From positions 32,001 through 96,000 of the forward strand of contig JBBQFN010000006.1 of the NCBI GenBank assembly GCA_038321985.1: a DNA stretch of 64,000 nucleotides, in the 5' to 3' direction. A model generated the notes under the pieces. It saw only the letters and a list, made by a program, of their open reading frames with translations, did no database searches and had not been told where the DNA came from. Every line of letters starts with the position of its first letter. Positions within the stretch are counted from its first letter, which is position 1. Made by a program: the position numbers and the translations under genes. Source of the stretch: Cyanophyceae cyanobacterium (GTDB taxonomy: Bacteria; Cyanobacteriota; Cyanobacteriia; Cyanobacteriales; Laspinemataceae). Below, one piece after another: positions 10,236-19,965 of the stretch.

Positions 10236-10793
10236 TTAATCCATCTTAAAATAAGATTTAGCCCTTTGCTTGGCGTCATTTCCCAACCGCGTAATTAGAT
10301 ACTCGCTATAGGCGGTATTATTTAAAGGGAAGTTGGAATTTTCCAAAATAAAATCTGGAAATATCGATTTTAAATCGGAGGCCCCTTCTTTTCCTTGCCG
10401 AGGAATTTTATGATTAAAAATTTGATATCCCCGCGAATTTTTATTGAAAATTAGCGCTACAGGAAAACTCCCGCCTCGTATCTCTGTGAGTTGATTTCCT
10501 TGTAGCTCATATTCGCGACAAACTACCCACAAATATTGATGGATTTTTTGGGGTTTCGTTTCCATTCCATACACTTGATACGCGCAAAAAGTACGATTCA
10601 GTTGCGCATCTACTCCGACAATATCTTTAATAAAGTCGTGATTTTCCATGTGCTGAGCGGTAGCTTGGTCAATGTTGAAGTAACTGTGGGAGTTTAAGCC
10701 CACATCTCGACTGTTGCACCCCCCCAGCATCAACACAGCCTGGAGGAGTGGCACCCCGATAAACCATTGGAAAAATAAGGACAGTTTAGGCAT
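10236..10793 (-). CDS. Hypothetical lipoprotein
   Basis: Hydrophobic N-terminus ending LGGC (lipobox-like). AT-rich, no recognised domain. Confidence 0.65.
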   Translation of the reverse strand: MPKLSLFFQWFIGVPLLQAVLMLGGCNSRDVGLNSHSYFNIDQATAQHMENHDFIKDIVGVDAQLNRTFCAYQVYGMETKPQKIHQYLWVVCREYELQGNQLTEIRGGSFPVALIFNKNSRGYQIFNHKIPRQGKEGASDLKSIFPDFILENSNFPLNNTAYSEYLITRLGNDAKQRAKSYFKMD

Positions 10794-10892
10794 TGCTATA
10801 GGATAAGGTTTATAGGTCTAGTTGTGCCTGCATCGTCTTACGGGTAGGACTTGAGCAAGCTTGTCCTTGAAGATGGGGTTAGACTGTTACTG

Positions 10893-10934
10893 AGTTTAGA
10901 CAAGTATTTACCCGTTTGATGTAATAGCTTATAC
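10893..10934 (-). promoter_or_regulatory. Candidate NtcA-activated promoter
   Basis: GTA-N8-TAC at 10921-10934. On the minus strand TAAACT (10898-10893) follows after a 22-nt spacer. Confidence 0.5.
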
Positions 10935-11417
10935 TCTAAGAGGGTGATTTTTTACGCTACAGTCTTAAAAAATATTAAATTTTTCTTTTTTAAGGGAGAA
11001 TTACTATAAATTTCTCATAAATCCCTCAAAAAATAAGCAGGTGTGCTAGCTTGATCATGATAAAGCGACTCTAGAGGCGATCGCCAAGAATGAATCCCAC
11101 TGGGCAACCCATCAACGGGTTCGTATTCCAGGCGGCAAAGTTGAGGCAGTCGAAAGACAAATCAGTGGCGGCAGGTATTGAATTAAATTTTAGGGTTTTT
11201 CCAGACCCGAATTGAAGGGTTGAAAGCAGTCTGCCGGGAGTTTTTTTAAGCGATTCTTTCTGGACTTAAAGCCGGGGTCGGGCTAATTTAAAAAAATAAG
11301 AATAAGTTAACCACTCGCACCGGGATCATTTTAAAAGGGCAATTTTTTAAGGGGGATCGCCGAGTGCGCGAAGCGGAGTCCGAGTCTCCAGAGGAAGAGG
11401 TTCCGTTTATAGGGGGT

Positions 11418-11445
11418 AAAATTTAGGGCGATCGCCCTAAATTTT
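11418..11445. repeat. Perfect 28-bp palindrome centred on HIP1
   Basis: AAAATTTAGGGCGATCGCCCTAAATTTT is its own reverse complement. Confidence 0.9.
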
Positions 11446-11566
11446 TCAGAATTAATTAGTATAAAGTTAGGGGGATATGCAGAAATTTTCTAAAAAGTTT
11501 CCCTAGGCTTAAACGCTTATCCTGGAGAGCAACTTCACGGAAATTTTACAAGAATCGATCGCATCC

Positions 11567-11596
11567 TTGACAATTCCCCCTTGCGTATATAATAAT
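11567..11596 (+). promoter_or_regulatory. Candidate sigma70-type promoter
   Basis: TTGACA at 11567. TATAAT at 11588 (15-nt spacer) or AATAAT at 11591 (18-nt spacer). Confidence 0.45.
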
Positions 11597-12076
11597 CTCC
11601 AGGGACAATAAAAATGAATGGGGTGCAATGCAAAACGATATTGAATCGTTTAAAGGGTGCTAGGGCAAACTACAACGAGTCAGGGATAAATATTGCGGTT
11701 ATTACGGAGCAAAATTCAAGGGAATGCGCGGCCATTAGTAGAAAGCAAGCATTCTTTAAAATTCAGGGTGTGCCGGATCCAGAGTGGGCAGCAGTTACCT
11801 TTATGCCCCAACTCCAATTGGGAAGCCAGTCTATCCCAGGCTATACAGTGATTTATCGTTCATTACAAAAAATTTGAAGGAAGTAACCGGATGAACTGAC
11901 CCACTAGCTGAAAAGCAAGAGACGTAAATTTGATGGCAATCGTGAATTGAAACCAGCTTACCCCTTGATTTTTAATCAAGTTTAGAGTAGTTGAAAACTA
12001 TCAAGCGATCGCGCCTAGCTTTCCGGTTAACTGGGGCAGTTTACTTGCGGGTGACCCCCCTCTCAGGTGAAGGAAA

Positions 12077-12877
12077 ATGAAACCAGGAATTTTATCTACC
12101 ACAGCACTCGTGATTGCACTTGGCTTTACAGGTTCAGTGACAGCTCAACCTGATGTCAACCCAGACACGCAGACCGAGGCAATCTTAAAACGTGACCGTG
12201 ATTCGGTTAGAAAAACACCCTCAAACCAGACCCATCCCACACCCGATAACAATGCCACGGTTGCTGCGGGGATCGAGCTTAATAAACAGGCGATCGCTGC
12301 CCTCACTCAATTTCTGAATAACTCGGACTCACCTAGATCCAGCAGCGAAATCCTTCCGCTTCAGACCCTCGATGCACCCCCCGTCTCCCCGGAATTACCG
12401 CCCCTAGCTGCTGCCAGCATTTACTTACCCGAAATAGCCCCAACCATGACGGGCTATCTTTGGCCCGCGCAAGGGGTCCTCTCTTCCGGCTACGGCTGGC
12501 GCTGGGGTCGGATGCACCACGGTATTGATATAGCCGCCCCCATTGGCACCCCCATTGTCGCAGCCGGTAGCGGTGTAGTGATTACTGCGGAATGGCATAC
12601 CGGGGGGTATGGCAATCTTGTTGAAATCCAACATCCCGACGGTAGTATTACCCTCTACGGCCATAACGATCGCATTCTCGTTAACAAAGGCGATCAGGTA
12701 GAAGGGGGTCAATTAATCGCACAAATGGGTAGTACCGGCTTTAGCACCGGACCCCACTTGCACTTTGAGGTCCACCTTCCCGAAGAAGGAACGGTTAATC
12801 CCCTGGCTTATCTTCCCGAATCGGGATTATCTGCTCGATTACCTAGAGCATCGATGCCTAGAGCATCGGTCCGGTAA
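12077..12877 (+). CDS. Secreted M23 family metallopeptidase (NlpD-like C-terminus)
   Basis: Signal peptide, WPAQG, HHGID (HxxxD), YGH, GPHLHFE (HxH). Confidence 0.93.
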   Translation: MKPGILSTTALVIALGFTGSVTAQPDVNPDTQTEAILKRDRDSVRKTPSNQTHPTPDNNATVAAGIELNKQAIAALTQFLNNSDSPRSSSEILPLQTLDAPPVSPELPPLAAASIYLPEIAPTMTGYLWPAQGVLSSGYGWRWGRMHHGIDIAAPIGTPIVAAGSGVVITAEWHTGGYGNLVEIQHPDGSITLYGHNDRILVNKGDQVEGGQLIAQMGSTGFSTGPHLHFEVHLPEEGTVNPLAYLPESGLSARLPRASMPRASVR

Positions 12878-13106
12878 TGCCAGCGTTTTCGGTCCTGTGG
12901 GCAGTCGCCCCCAATCTATTAATGCCTTAAAGTCTGGGTTTCCGGAAACTCACTCGGACTTCCTGTGGCATACTCACAATCGGGTAACTTCTCTAGAAGT
13001 TATCCGCTTTTTTTACGCAGGGTAAGCATTGCCACAGTTCAATTAGACCCAGCCGCTCTGCTTAAGTTCCCATCCCTAGCGCGATTCTAGCGATCGCCGT
13101 ACCCCC

Positions 13107-13580
13107 ATGAACCACTCTGACCCACACCACTTGCATCTTCCCCTGTGCGCTGTCCTGATCCTCTTACTTGCCAGTTGCAGCCCCACTAAAACCAGCCAGT
13201 GTCGCCGCCTAATTCGGGTCCTCGACCAAAGTAGCACCGCCCTTGATCGCTTAGAACTCACTCCAATGACGGGGAATCAAGCGGCCAGTCAAGTCGATCT
13301 CTCCATTGAAGCGCTCAAAACCTCCCCCTTAACCGACGAAACCATCATCCGCTTTCAAACCCGGGCGATTGCAATCTATGAACAAATTAGCATCGCCCTG
13401 CGAGATACGAGCGGCATTGCCACAATGGTGAGTAATCTCCAACCCACCCCGAAGGGTTTACAAACCCAGAATGCTGCCAAAGCCCAAGTCGCCGAGGCGA
13501 TCGCCTCCATCGAACAATCCACCCAAGATGCCGCCATCCTACTCGGCGAAATCGAACAATATTGTCTCCCAAAACCCTAA
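13107..13580 (+). CDS. Helical lipoprotein, paralogous to the ectodomain of the downstream kinase
   Basis: Lipobox LLASC. QCRRL...IEQYC aligns with the kinase C-terminal QCQRL...IHSYC. Confidence 0.8.
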   Translation: MNHSDPHHLHLPLCAVLILLLASCSPTKTSQCRRLIRVLDQSSTALDRLELTPMTGNQAASQVDLSIEALKTSPLTDETIIRFQTRAIAIYEQISIALRDTSGIATMVSNLQPTPKGLQTQNAAKAQVAEAIASIEQSTQDAAILLGEIEQYCLPKP

Positions 13581-13614
13581 GCCCCTCTCTCCCCTACCTC
13601 CCCATCCCCCCATC

Positions 13615-15174
13615 ATGAGTTACTGCCTCAATCCAAGCTGCCCCAATCCCAGCGATCCCGTTAATGCCAACACCCGCTATTGCTCCCACTGTGGATCGGA
13701 TTTATTAGTAGCAGAACGCTGTCGAGCACTCCAACTCTTGGGCAGCAACAGCTATGAAAAAACCTTTGAAGTCATGGAGTTAGGAACCGACAAAATTTTG
13801 AAGGTCCTCCAGCTTGAGGATCCCGTAGCGGTCACCCTATTTCAACAACAAGCCTTACTTCTAGGGAAAATTCACCATCCTGGTATTCCCCACCTTCAAC
13901 AAGGAGGCTACTTCAGCTTTGCGGCAACGAATAGTGCTAGCGCCGTGCATGGGATGTTGATGGAAAAAATTGAGGGGTTAAATTTAGCGAAGTGGATGGA
14001 AAGTCGCGCCTATCAATCGATTTCTGAAGACCTGGCTCTAAATTGGATCCAACAGATTGTCGAAATTTTACAGCCAATTCATCAAACCCCATATTTACAC
14101 CTGAATATTAAGCCCAGCAATATTATCCTGACTGATTCGGGGCAATTGGTCTTAATTGATTTTGGCACTGCACGGCAGGTGACTTCTAGCTATTTACGCA
14201 CCGTGGAACTCTCGCCAAGTTTGAAGAGTATTAATTCCGGGGGATATACGCCACCGGAACAACTCAAAAATGAAGCGGTAGCGCAATCGGATTTCTTTGC
14301 CCTGGGACGAACAATGGTGTATTTGCTCACGGCTTCGGACCCTTTGAACTTTTACAACGCAGAGACTGGGGAGTTTTCTTGGCGCGATCGCCCTCTAACC
14401 ATTTCTGAACAGGTTGCGGATTTTATCGACCGCCTCATGGATCCGGCCCCGAGTCAGCGGTTCCAAAATACCGAGGAAATTTTACAGGAGTTAGGGCAAC
14501 TGCAACCTCCGGTGGCACAGACTGAATGGGTTTCTGAATCTGGGGGGGCAGTCGCCTTGGCCCCGGATCGAGAATCTGTCGCCGAGGGGAATCTAGTTTT
14601 GCCGGGGCTACAACTGCCTAGTTTTCCTCAAGTCTTACCGGGAAAAGTGAAAGACAAGGCTGATGCAGCACCTCCCGTGAAAGCAGATAGAAAAAGGGCG
14701 CGCTTAGCAGGGGTATGGGGAATTTGGGCAGTGATTGGACTGGTGGGGGGATTGGGATCGTGGTTTTTCTGGACTCGTAGCAGTACAGCATATCAGTGTC
14801 AGCGATTGTTGGAGGCGATCAACGAGGGGGGGCAACAAGTAACTCAAATAGAGGGAACCGATGCTGCTGCCGCGAACCAAATGGCGCAACATCTCGATCG
14901 CCTTGCGGAAGAGTTATTAGGAATGAAGACCTCCGATGCTCAAGTCCGCCCCTATCCTCCCCGGTTAGGGAAAAGTTACCAACAATTAAGTCTATCCTTC
15001 CGCCAAATCGGAGAGGCGATCGCCATTGTTGATGCCGCCCCTTTATCAAAAGCCGGTTTAGACCAAGTAAAAGCTGCCCGCAAAAAGGCAGAAGAAGCCG
15101 GTAGAGTAGCCACTTTAGCCGCAAAAACTGCCGATGGAGTAGCCGGACAAATTCATAGTTACTGTAAAAAATAG
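13615..15174 (+). CDS. Membrane Hanks-type Ser/Thr protein kinase, probable pseudokinase
   Basis: N-terminal MSYCLNPSC...CSHCG, ILK, HLNIKPSN in place of HRDIKPSN, DFG, YTPPEQ, SDFFALG, one TM helix and a helical ectodomain. ATG at 13615. Confidence 0.9.
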   Translation: MSYCLNPSCPNPSDPVNANTRYCSHCGSDLLVAERCRALQLLGSNSYEKTFEVMELGTDKILKVLQLEDPVAVTLFQQQALLLGKIHHPGIPHLQQGGYFSFAATNSASAVHGMLMEKIEGLNLAKWMESRAYQSISEDLALNWIQQIVEILQPIHQTPYLHLNIKPSNIILTDSGQLVLIDFGTARQVTSSYLRTVELSPSLKSINSGGYTPPEQLKNEAVAQSDFFALGRTMVYLLTASDPLNFYNAETGEFSWRDRPLTISEQVADFIDRLMDPAPSQRFQNTEEILQELGQLQPPVAQTEWVSESGGAVALAPDRESVAEGNLVLPGLQLPSFPQVLPGKVKDKADAAPPVKADRKRARLAGVWGIWAVIGLVGGLGSWFFWTRSSTAYQCQRLLEAINEGGQQVTQIEGTDAAAANQMAQHLDRLAEELLGMKTSDAQVRPYPPRLGKSYQQLSLSFRQIGEAIAIVDAAPLSKAGLDQVKAARKKAEEAGRVATLAAKTADGVAGQIHSYCKK

Positions 15175-15319
15175 CATCCCGAAAATATAGGCTGGGTTAA
15201 CTCGGCTGGATCATTTTTCAAGGAGGGAGGGCGTCTGATCCCCATTGCAACGGTGGCGGTAATTGTCAGATCAGGCTTGCCCACTCTTCACCCCTATTGT
15301 TTCCCTGATTTAAACGGGC

Positions 15320-15443
15320 TATAGCCTTTTTCAGTCCGGGAAAGTATAGATACGAGGGTTAGAATAGGGAGTAGGGAGTGCGTTCGCGTAACGTCTACAC
15401 TCCAAAAGAAGGACTATACCTCGTACCGGCGAAAACAACTATA
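15320..15443. mobile_element. Degenerate MITE-like element
   Basis: Imperfect 29-bp terminal inverted repeats TATAGCCTTTTTC...GTATA / TATAC...GAAAACAACTATA with internal TAGGGAG repeats. No coding capacity. Confidence 0.4.
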
Positions 15444-15518
15444 TAGCCGAAAATTAAGCCACTTTTGACCAAACTTTATTGAAAAATTATTCTGGTTTTA
15501 GATCGATAAATTGACCTT

Positions 15519-16010
15519 TTAAAGATGAATTTCTAGGTCTAAAATATAGTGACCTAATTGAAGATTTTGAGACCAAAGTTCATATTCGAGACGCAAATGT
15601 TCAGGAATAGGGCGACCCGATAGAGTTAAACTGCGAGTATAATTTCGCATCCGTAACTGCTCATTACTACCGTCGGACTCATTTTGAAGCCAATAGCGGC
15701 TAGTTCCATACATTCCCCGTTCCCACTGGTGACGATAGCTAAACTGCCCATTCCCTTGCATGGTCATAATCACCCGGTAGGGAGAAATTTCTAGCCACAA
15801 CAGTCGGGAAGTAATGGGAGTGGGTCCGCTGCTGACTTGAGGAGTCGAACCTGACTCCTGAAAATCACACAGGGCCGGTTCAGTTAAGAGTAAGTGAAAC
15901 CGATCTTGGTCCTTTTGATAAAGGGTAGCAGCGGTTTCAACTACAGACCACAGAGGGAGGTCCGTCGAGATTAAGCAAAGGCTTACAGGTTTGCGGCGAT
16001 GGGTCAGCAT
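15519..16010 (-). CDS. Hypothetical protein
   Basis: 163-aa ATG-initiated ORF with globular composition, divergent from aroA. Confidence 0.75.
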   Translation of the reverse strand: MLTHRRKPVSLCLISTDLPLWSVVETAATLYQKDQDRFHLLLTEPALCDFQESGSTPQVSSGPTPITSRLLWLEISPYRVIMTMQGNGQFSYRHQWERGMYGTSRYWLQNESDGSNEQLRMRNYTRSLTLSGRPIPEHLRLEYELWSQNLQLGHYILDLEIHL

Positions 16011-16150
16011 GAGGGTTGTAAAGAACAGAGTGTGAAGAGTTTTCCAACAATCGACAAGATAAAGGTGTGGCCTGCTCTCAATTTTAGTATGGCAGCAGGG
16101 TCAAGAAGGGTGTAGGATTGCCCTAAGCCATCCCATCACAGTTTAGCCCA

Positions 16151-17503
16151 ATGCCCAGTTCGATCATAAATGTAAGAATTACGGAATCTCAGCAACAATT
16201 AACCATTGATAGACCCGCTAAAGGTTTATCGGTACAAGGACGCATCCGAGTGCCGGGGGATAAGTCAATTTCCCACCGGGCTTTAATGCTGGGGGCGATC
16301 GCCAAGGGGGAAACCACGATCGAGGGGCTGCTACTGGGAGAAGACCCTCGGAGTACCGCCCGCTGCTTTCAGGCATTGGGGGCAGAAATTTCCCCTTTAA
16401 ATGAACAACGGGTGAGGGTTCGGGGTGTTGGGGTCGGTCAATTAATTGAACCCACGGATATTTTAGATGCGGGAAATTCGGGGACTACGATGCGACTGAT
16501 GCTGGGCATCCTCGCCAGTCATCCAGACCGATTTTTTACAGTAACTGGGGATAAATCCCTGCGATCGCGTCCCATGTCTAGGGTGGTTCAACCTTTACAA
16601 CAAATGGGTGCTCAAATCTGGGGTCGGAACGGCGGCGCGATCGCCCCCCTAGCCATTCAAGGCCAATCCTTGCGCCCCATTCATTATCACTCCCCCATTG
16701 CCTCAGCTCAGGTTAAGTCTTGTATCTTGCTTGCAGCTTTGATGGCAGAAGGAACGACAACCATCACTGAACCGGCAGTCTCTCGGGACCATAGCGAAAG
16801 GATGTTGAAGGCATTTGGGGCAGAAATTTCCACGGATCCAGAGACGAAGAGCGTAATGATTACGGGACCCACCCAACTGAATGGTCAATCAGTGATTGTG
16901 CCTGGGGATATCAGTTCGGCGGCGTTTTGGATTGTGGCGGCAGCGATCGTGCCCGATTCAGACTTGACGATTGAAAATGTCGGGATCAATCCCACACGCA
17001 CCGGGATTTTAGAGGCCCTGGAGATGATGAATGCGGATATTCAATTAGAAAATGAGCGCATGGTAGCGGGGGAACCCGTGGCAGATATTCGAGTGCGTCA
17101 TTCTCAACTCAAGGGTTGTACCCTGGGGGGAGATATCATTCCCAGACTGATTGATGAGATTCCGATTCTGGCAGTGGCGGCAGTTTTTGCCGAAGGTAAG
17201 ACGGTGATAGGAGATGCCGCGGAATTGCGGGTGAAAGAGAGCGATCGCCTTGCGGTAACGGCTACGGTACTCAATCAAATGGGTGCGAAGATTACCGAGA
17301 TGCCGGATGGTTTGGAAATTACAGGGGGGACTCCTTTAACGGGGACCGATGTTGAGAGTTATGACGATCATCGGATTGCCATGAGTTTGGCGATCGCTGC
17401 CCTGAATGCCACCGGAACAACCACGATTCATCACGCCGAAGCCGCGGCTATTTCTTACCCCGATTTTACGGCGACTTTGCGACAAGTTTGCGAAGAATGC
17501 TAA
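16151..17503 (+). CDS. aroA: 3-phosphoshikimate 1-carboxyvinyltransferase
   Basis: [41 protein letters not shown]. Confidence 0.98.
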   Translation: MPSSIINVRITESQQQLTIDRPAKGLSVQGRIRVPGDKSISHRALMLGAIAKGETTIEGLLLGEDPRSTARCFQALGAEISPLNEQRVRVRGVGVGQLIEPTDILDAGNSGTTMRLMLGILASHPDRFFTVTGDKSLRSRPMSRVVQPLQQMGAQIWGRNGGAIAPLAIQGQSLRPIHYHSPIASAQVKSCILLAALMAEGTTTITEPAVSRDHSERMLKAFGAEISTDPETKSVMITGPTQLNGQSVIVPGDISSAAFWIVAAAIVPDSDLTIENVGINPTRTGILEALEMMNADIQLENERMVAGEPVADIRVRHSQLKGCTLGGDIIPRLIDEIPILAVAAVFAEGKTVIGDAAELRVKESDRLAVTATVLNQMGAKITEMPDGLEITGGTPLTGTDVESYDDHRIAMSLAIAALNATGTTTIHHAEAAAISYPDFTATLRQVCEEC

Positions 17504-17612
17504 TTCAGGACAATCGATCGCCTCGGTAAGTTTCACGGCTGGAAATGATACCGGGGCGATCGGTATTTAAAAATTTTTCTAACATTAATGCAATCCAAAC
17601 AGGAGTAATCCC

Positions 17613-18131
17613 ATGTCTAATTCAGGTTCTACCCCCAAAAGTCCGCTTGGGTTTGATGAAATTATTGCAATTTTTGTCGCGTTTTCGACCCTAGGTACAA
17701 TTTTTATATTATCCTTTCCCAGCACGGAGAGGGGCTTAAATATTTTTGAAAATAGAACGACTTCTCCCACTTCTGAGTCTCCTTCGTCAACGCCTCAAAC
17801 ACCCCAAAACCCTCTGAATCCATCGGTCAATCCTGGACAAGTTCCCAGCCTTTTGCCTGGATCCACCAATCCCGCTACCTCTCCTCAAGACAATTCAACT
17901 CCTATCTCAGGCAATCCAGGCGCTTGGGGTGGGTTAGCACTCCCCTTTTTGGCCCCTAACCCGACAAATGCGGAAGCGACTCCTACCCCCGCCAATGAGA
18001 GAACGACTCTTTCGAGTCCTACAAATGAGGAAACAACTCCCAGGGAGTCTCTAGAGACGCCAGTCCCCAATTTAGCTCCCTCAGCGACCCCCAAAACTCA
18101 GGCAACAACCGACTCAACCCCGAAGCCTTAA
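17613..18131 (+). CDS. Single-TM protein with Pro/Ser/Thr-rich tail
   Basis: LGFDEIIAIFVAFSTLGTIF TM segment followed only by low-complexity sequence. Confidence 0.65.
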   Translation: MSNSGSTPKSPLGFDEIIAIFVAFSTLGTIFILSFPSTERGLNIFENRTTSPTSESPSSTPQTPQNPLNPSVNPGQVPSLLPGSTNPATSPQDNSTPISGNPGAWGGLALPFLAPNPTNAEATPTPANERTTLSSPTNEETTPRESLETPVPNLAPSATPKTQATTDSTPKP

Positions 18132-18521
18132 CCAGTAGGGCCTCGGTACAGCAGGAAGACAAACCGGGTTTTTTGAAGAAATTTATACGGATTACGAATC
18201 ACTTCGGACTAGAAAGCCCTTGTCTTGTCCGTTAGCTTTAAATACCTACCTAAAAAACCTCGAAGACTCCACCTTAACCTAGACCAAGAGACAGGGGAGG
18301 GGACTGGATCTCATCCGGGGCGGCTTATTACCCAAGAAAAACCCTCAACCCTATACAGGGTTTGTTAACTCATCGAAAAATCACCTTACCCTGTGTCTGG
18401 ATTGGGTTGAGGAATCAGAAGTTAATATCAGAAAAATATAGGAATTGAACCTATCGATGAGAAACCCTTGGAAAAGATGGGAATACTGGAAAAAAGGTAA
18501 GGTAATGGAGCGCACGGAATT

Positions 18522-18944
18522 ATGCTGCGCCAGATTAAACATATCTTCTGGAGTGTGCGGACTTATGCAGATCTCAGTCCCGATTTGTACATCAGGAAGC
18601 AGGTAAATCAGACATTATCGGAACGAGCTAACCTGTCTCGGGATGAGTGGTTTAACTGTTTTTGGCGATCGCGTGCAATTTCTTTTTCAGTGGTGAGTTT
18701 TGTCTATGTTCAATTGGAAAAATATTCAGGGTTACAGATGGGAAGACTGTTGCCTGGGGATCGCTTAGAGGAGGATTTACAGTTAACCCTGATATCCTGG
18801 TTTGACTGGAATCTTTATCTGTGTGATGATTTTTTTGATGAGTTTGGGATAGATATTGGCGATCGCTTTGACCTTCAGACGATGGAAACTGTAGAAGATT
18901 TGGTCCTCTGCCTCCATCACCTGACCTATCCGCCTTCCTTATAA
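18522..18944 (+). CDS. Hypothetical protein with ACP-like C-terminal half
   Basis: DRLEEDLQL...DEFGIDI...TVEDLV pattern resembles acyl carrier protein helices. Confidence 0.65.
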   Translation: MLRQIKHIFWSVRTYADLSPDLYIRKQVNQTLSERANLSRDEWFNCFWRSRAISFSVVSFVYVQLEKYSGLQMGRLLPGDRLEEDLQLTLISWFDWNLYLCDDFFDEFGIDIGDRFDLQTMETVEDLVLCLHHLTYPPSL

Positions 18945-19118
18945 ATATTCCTAGCGTAAAAAAAAAATAAGGGAATAAACTTTGGATTGGAGAGTATTAG
19001 TCAATAGGGCAGGGCGGACAAATTGACCGCCCCCATTCAAGGTAAGTTAACGCACGGGTGCGATTGCCCCTCCCAGAATTTCCAAGACTGACATCCCGTT
19101 GCCAGCCCTGGAAAATAA

Positions 19119-19583
19119 CTAGGAAGAATGGTTTCCGAGCACTTGGTCTTTTATGGCTGAAATATCCTGCACTAACTCTTGACGATTACTAGCACGCAGT
19201 AAGTAGCGATAGACAAACCAAGCCGAGTATCCAATTCCGACAAATTCAAAAAACGGCGCGAGTAAGGGAAGGTCATTCACGGCATCTACCATGGCAAGTA
19301 TCACTCTGACGGTAACCAGTGCGGACAAAAACAGTCCGACGGTGATAAGGGGTCGTTGGTACTCGCTGAAAAAACTGGTGACATACAGAGGTAGATCCCC
19401 TAAGATTTCCGTGGTGCTATCCACGATTTCCTCGAATCGAGTCGGCTCTTGAGTAGTAGGGGAAAAAGGCGCTAAAGCACCGGATTCGGCTGCGTTGATC
19501 TCGATTCTAAGCTGGTCGGCTTCCGCGGCTAACTGTGCCGATTTTGCGCTAGAGATTTCTGAGGTTTCAATTTTAGGATTCAT
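19119..19583 (-). CDS. CAAD/CURT1-like thylakoid curvature protein
   Basis: AVNDLPLLAPFFEFVGIGYSAWFVYRYLLRASNRQEL signature. ATG at 19583. Confidence 0.9.
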   Translation of the reverse strand: MNPKIETSEISSAKSAQLAAEADQLRIEINAAESGALAPFSPTTQEPTRFEEIVDSTTEILGDLPLYVTSFFSEYQRPLITVGLFLSALVTVRVILAMVDAVNDLPLLAPFFEFVGIGYSAWFVYRYLLRASNRQELVQDISAIKDQVLGNHSS

Positions 19584-19965
19584 AAAAAATTTCTCCTTGA
19601 CGAACAATAACTGGATCGTAGCTTGCGACCGGATAAGTTTGCCAACCTTCAGAGGTATTGCGATCGCATAAAATGCAGGTTCGCCGCAATCTGGGTAAGA
19701 CCCCAACCATTCCCACAGTCTTATCCCGTGGGAATTTGGCCCTTTAGAGTCTAGCTGTCAATTTTGTAGCAATGTTGTCTTGATTTTAAAGCGGAACCTA
19801 GGAAGTTTCAGCCCAATTTAGGGAGTCTTCGTGATTTGTGGGGTTTGATTCGTTGATGAATAAACCAGGCTTATCCGTCAATTGGGGATGCACCCCGGGG
19901 ATTAGACGAGTGAAAGGGTTAGGATCGGGCAAAATAAGATGGGAACCGATTAGACGCTATTGACC

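Noticed and set aside
11660..11700. GGGCAAAC resembling the start of a c-di-GMP-I riboswitch
   Set aside because: No GNRA-capped stem or downstream GACGCAAAG element follows.
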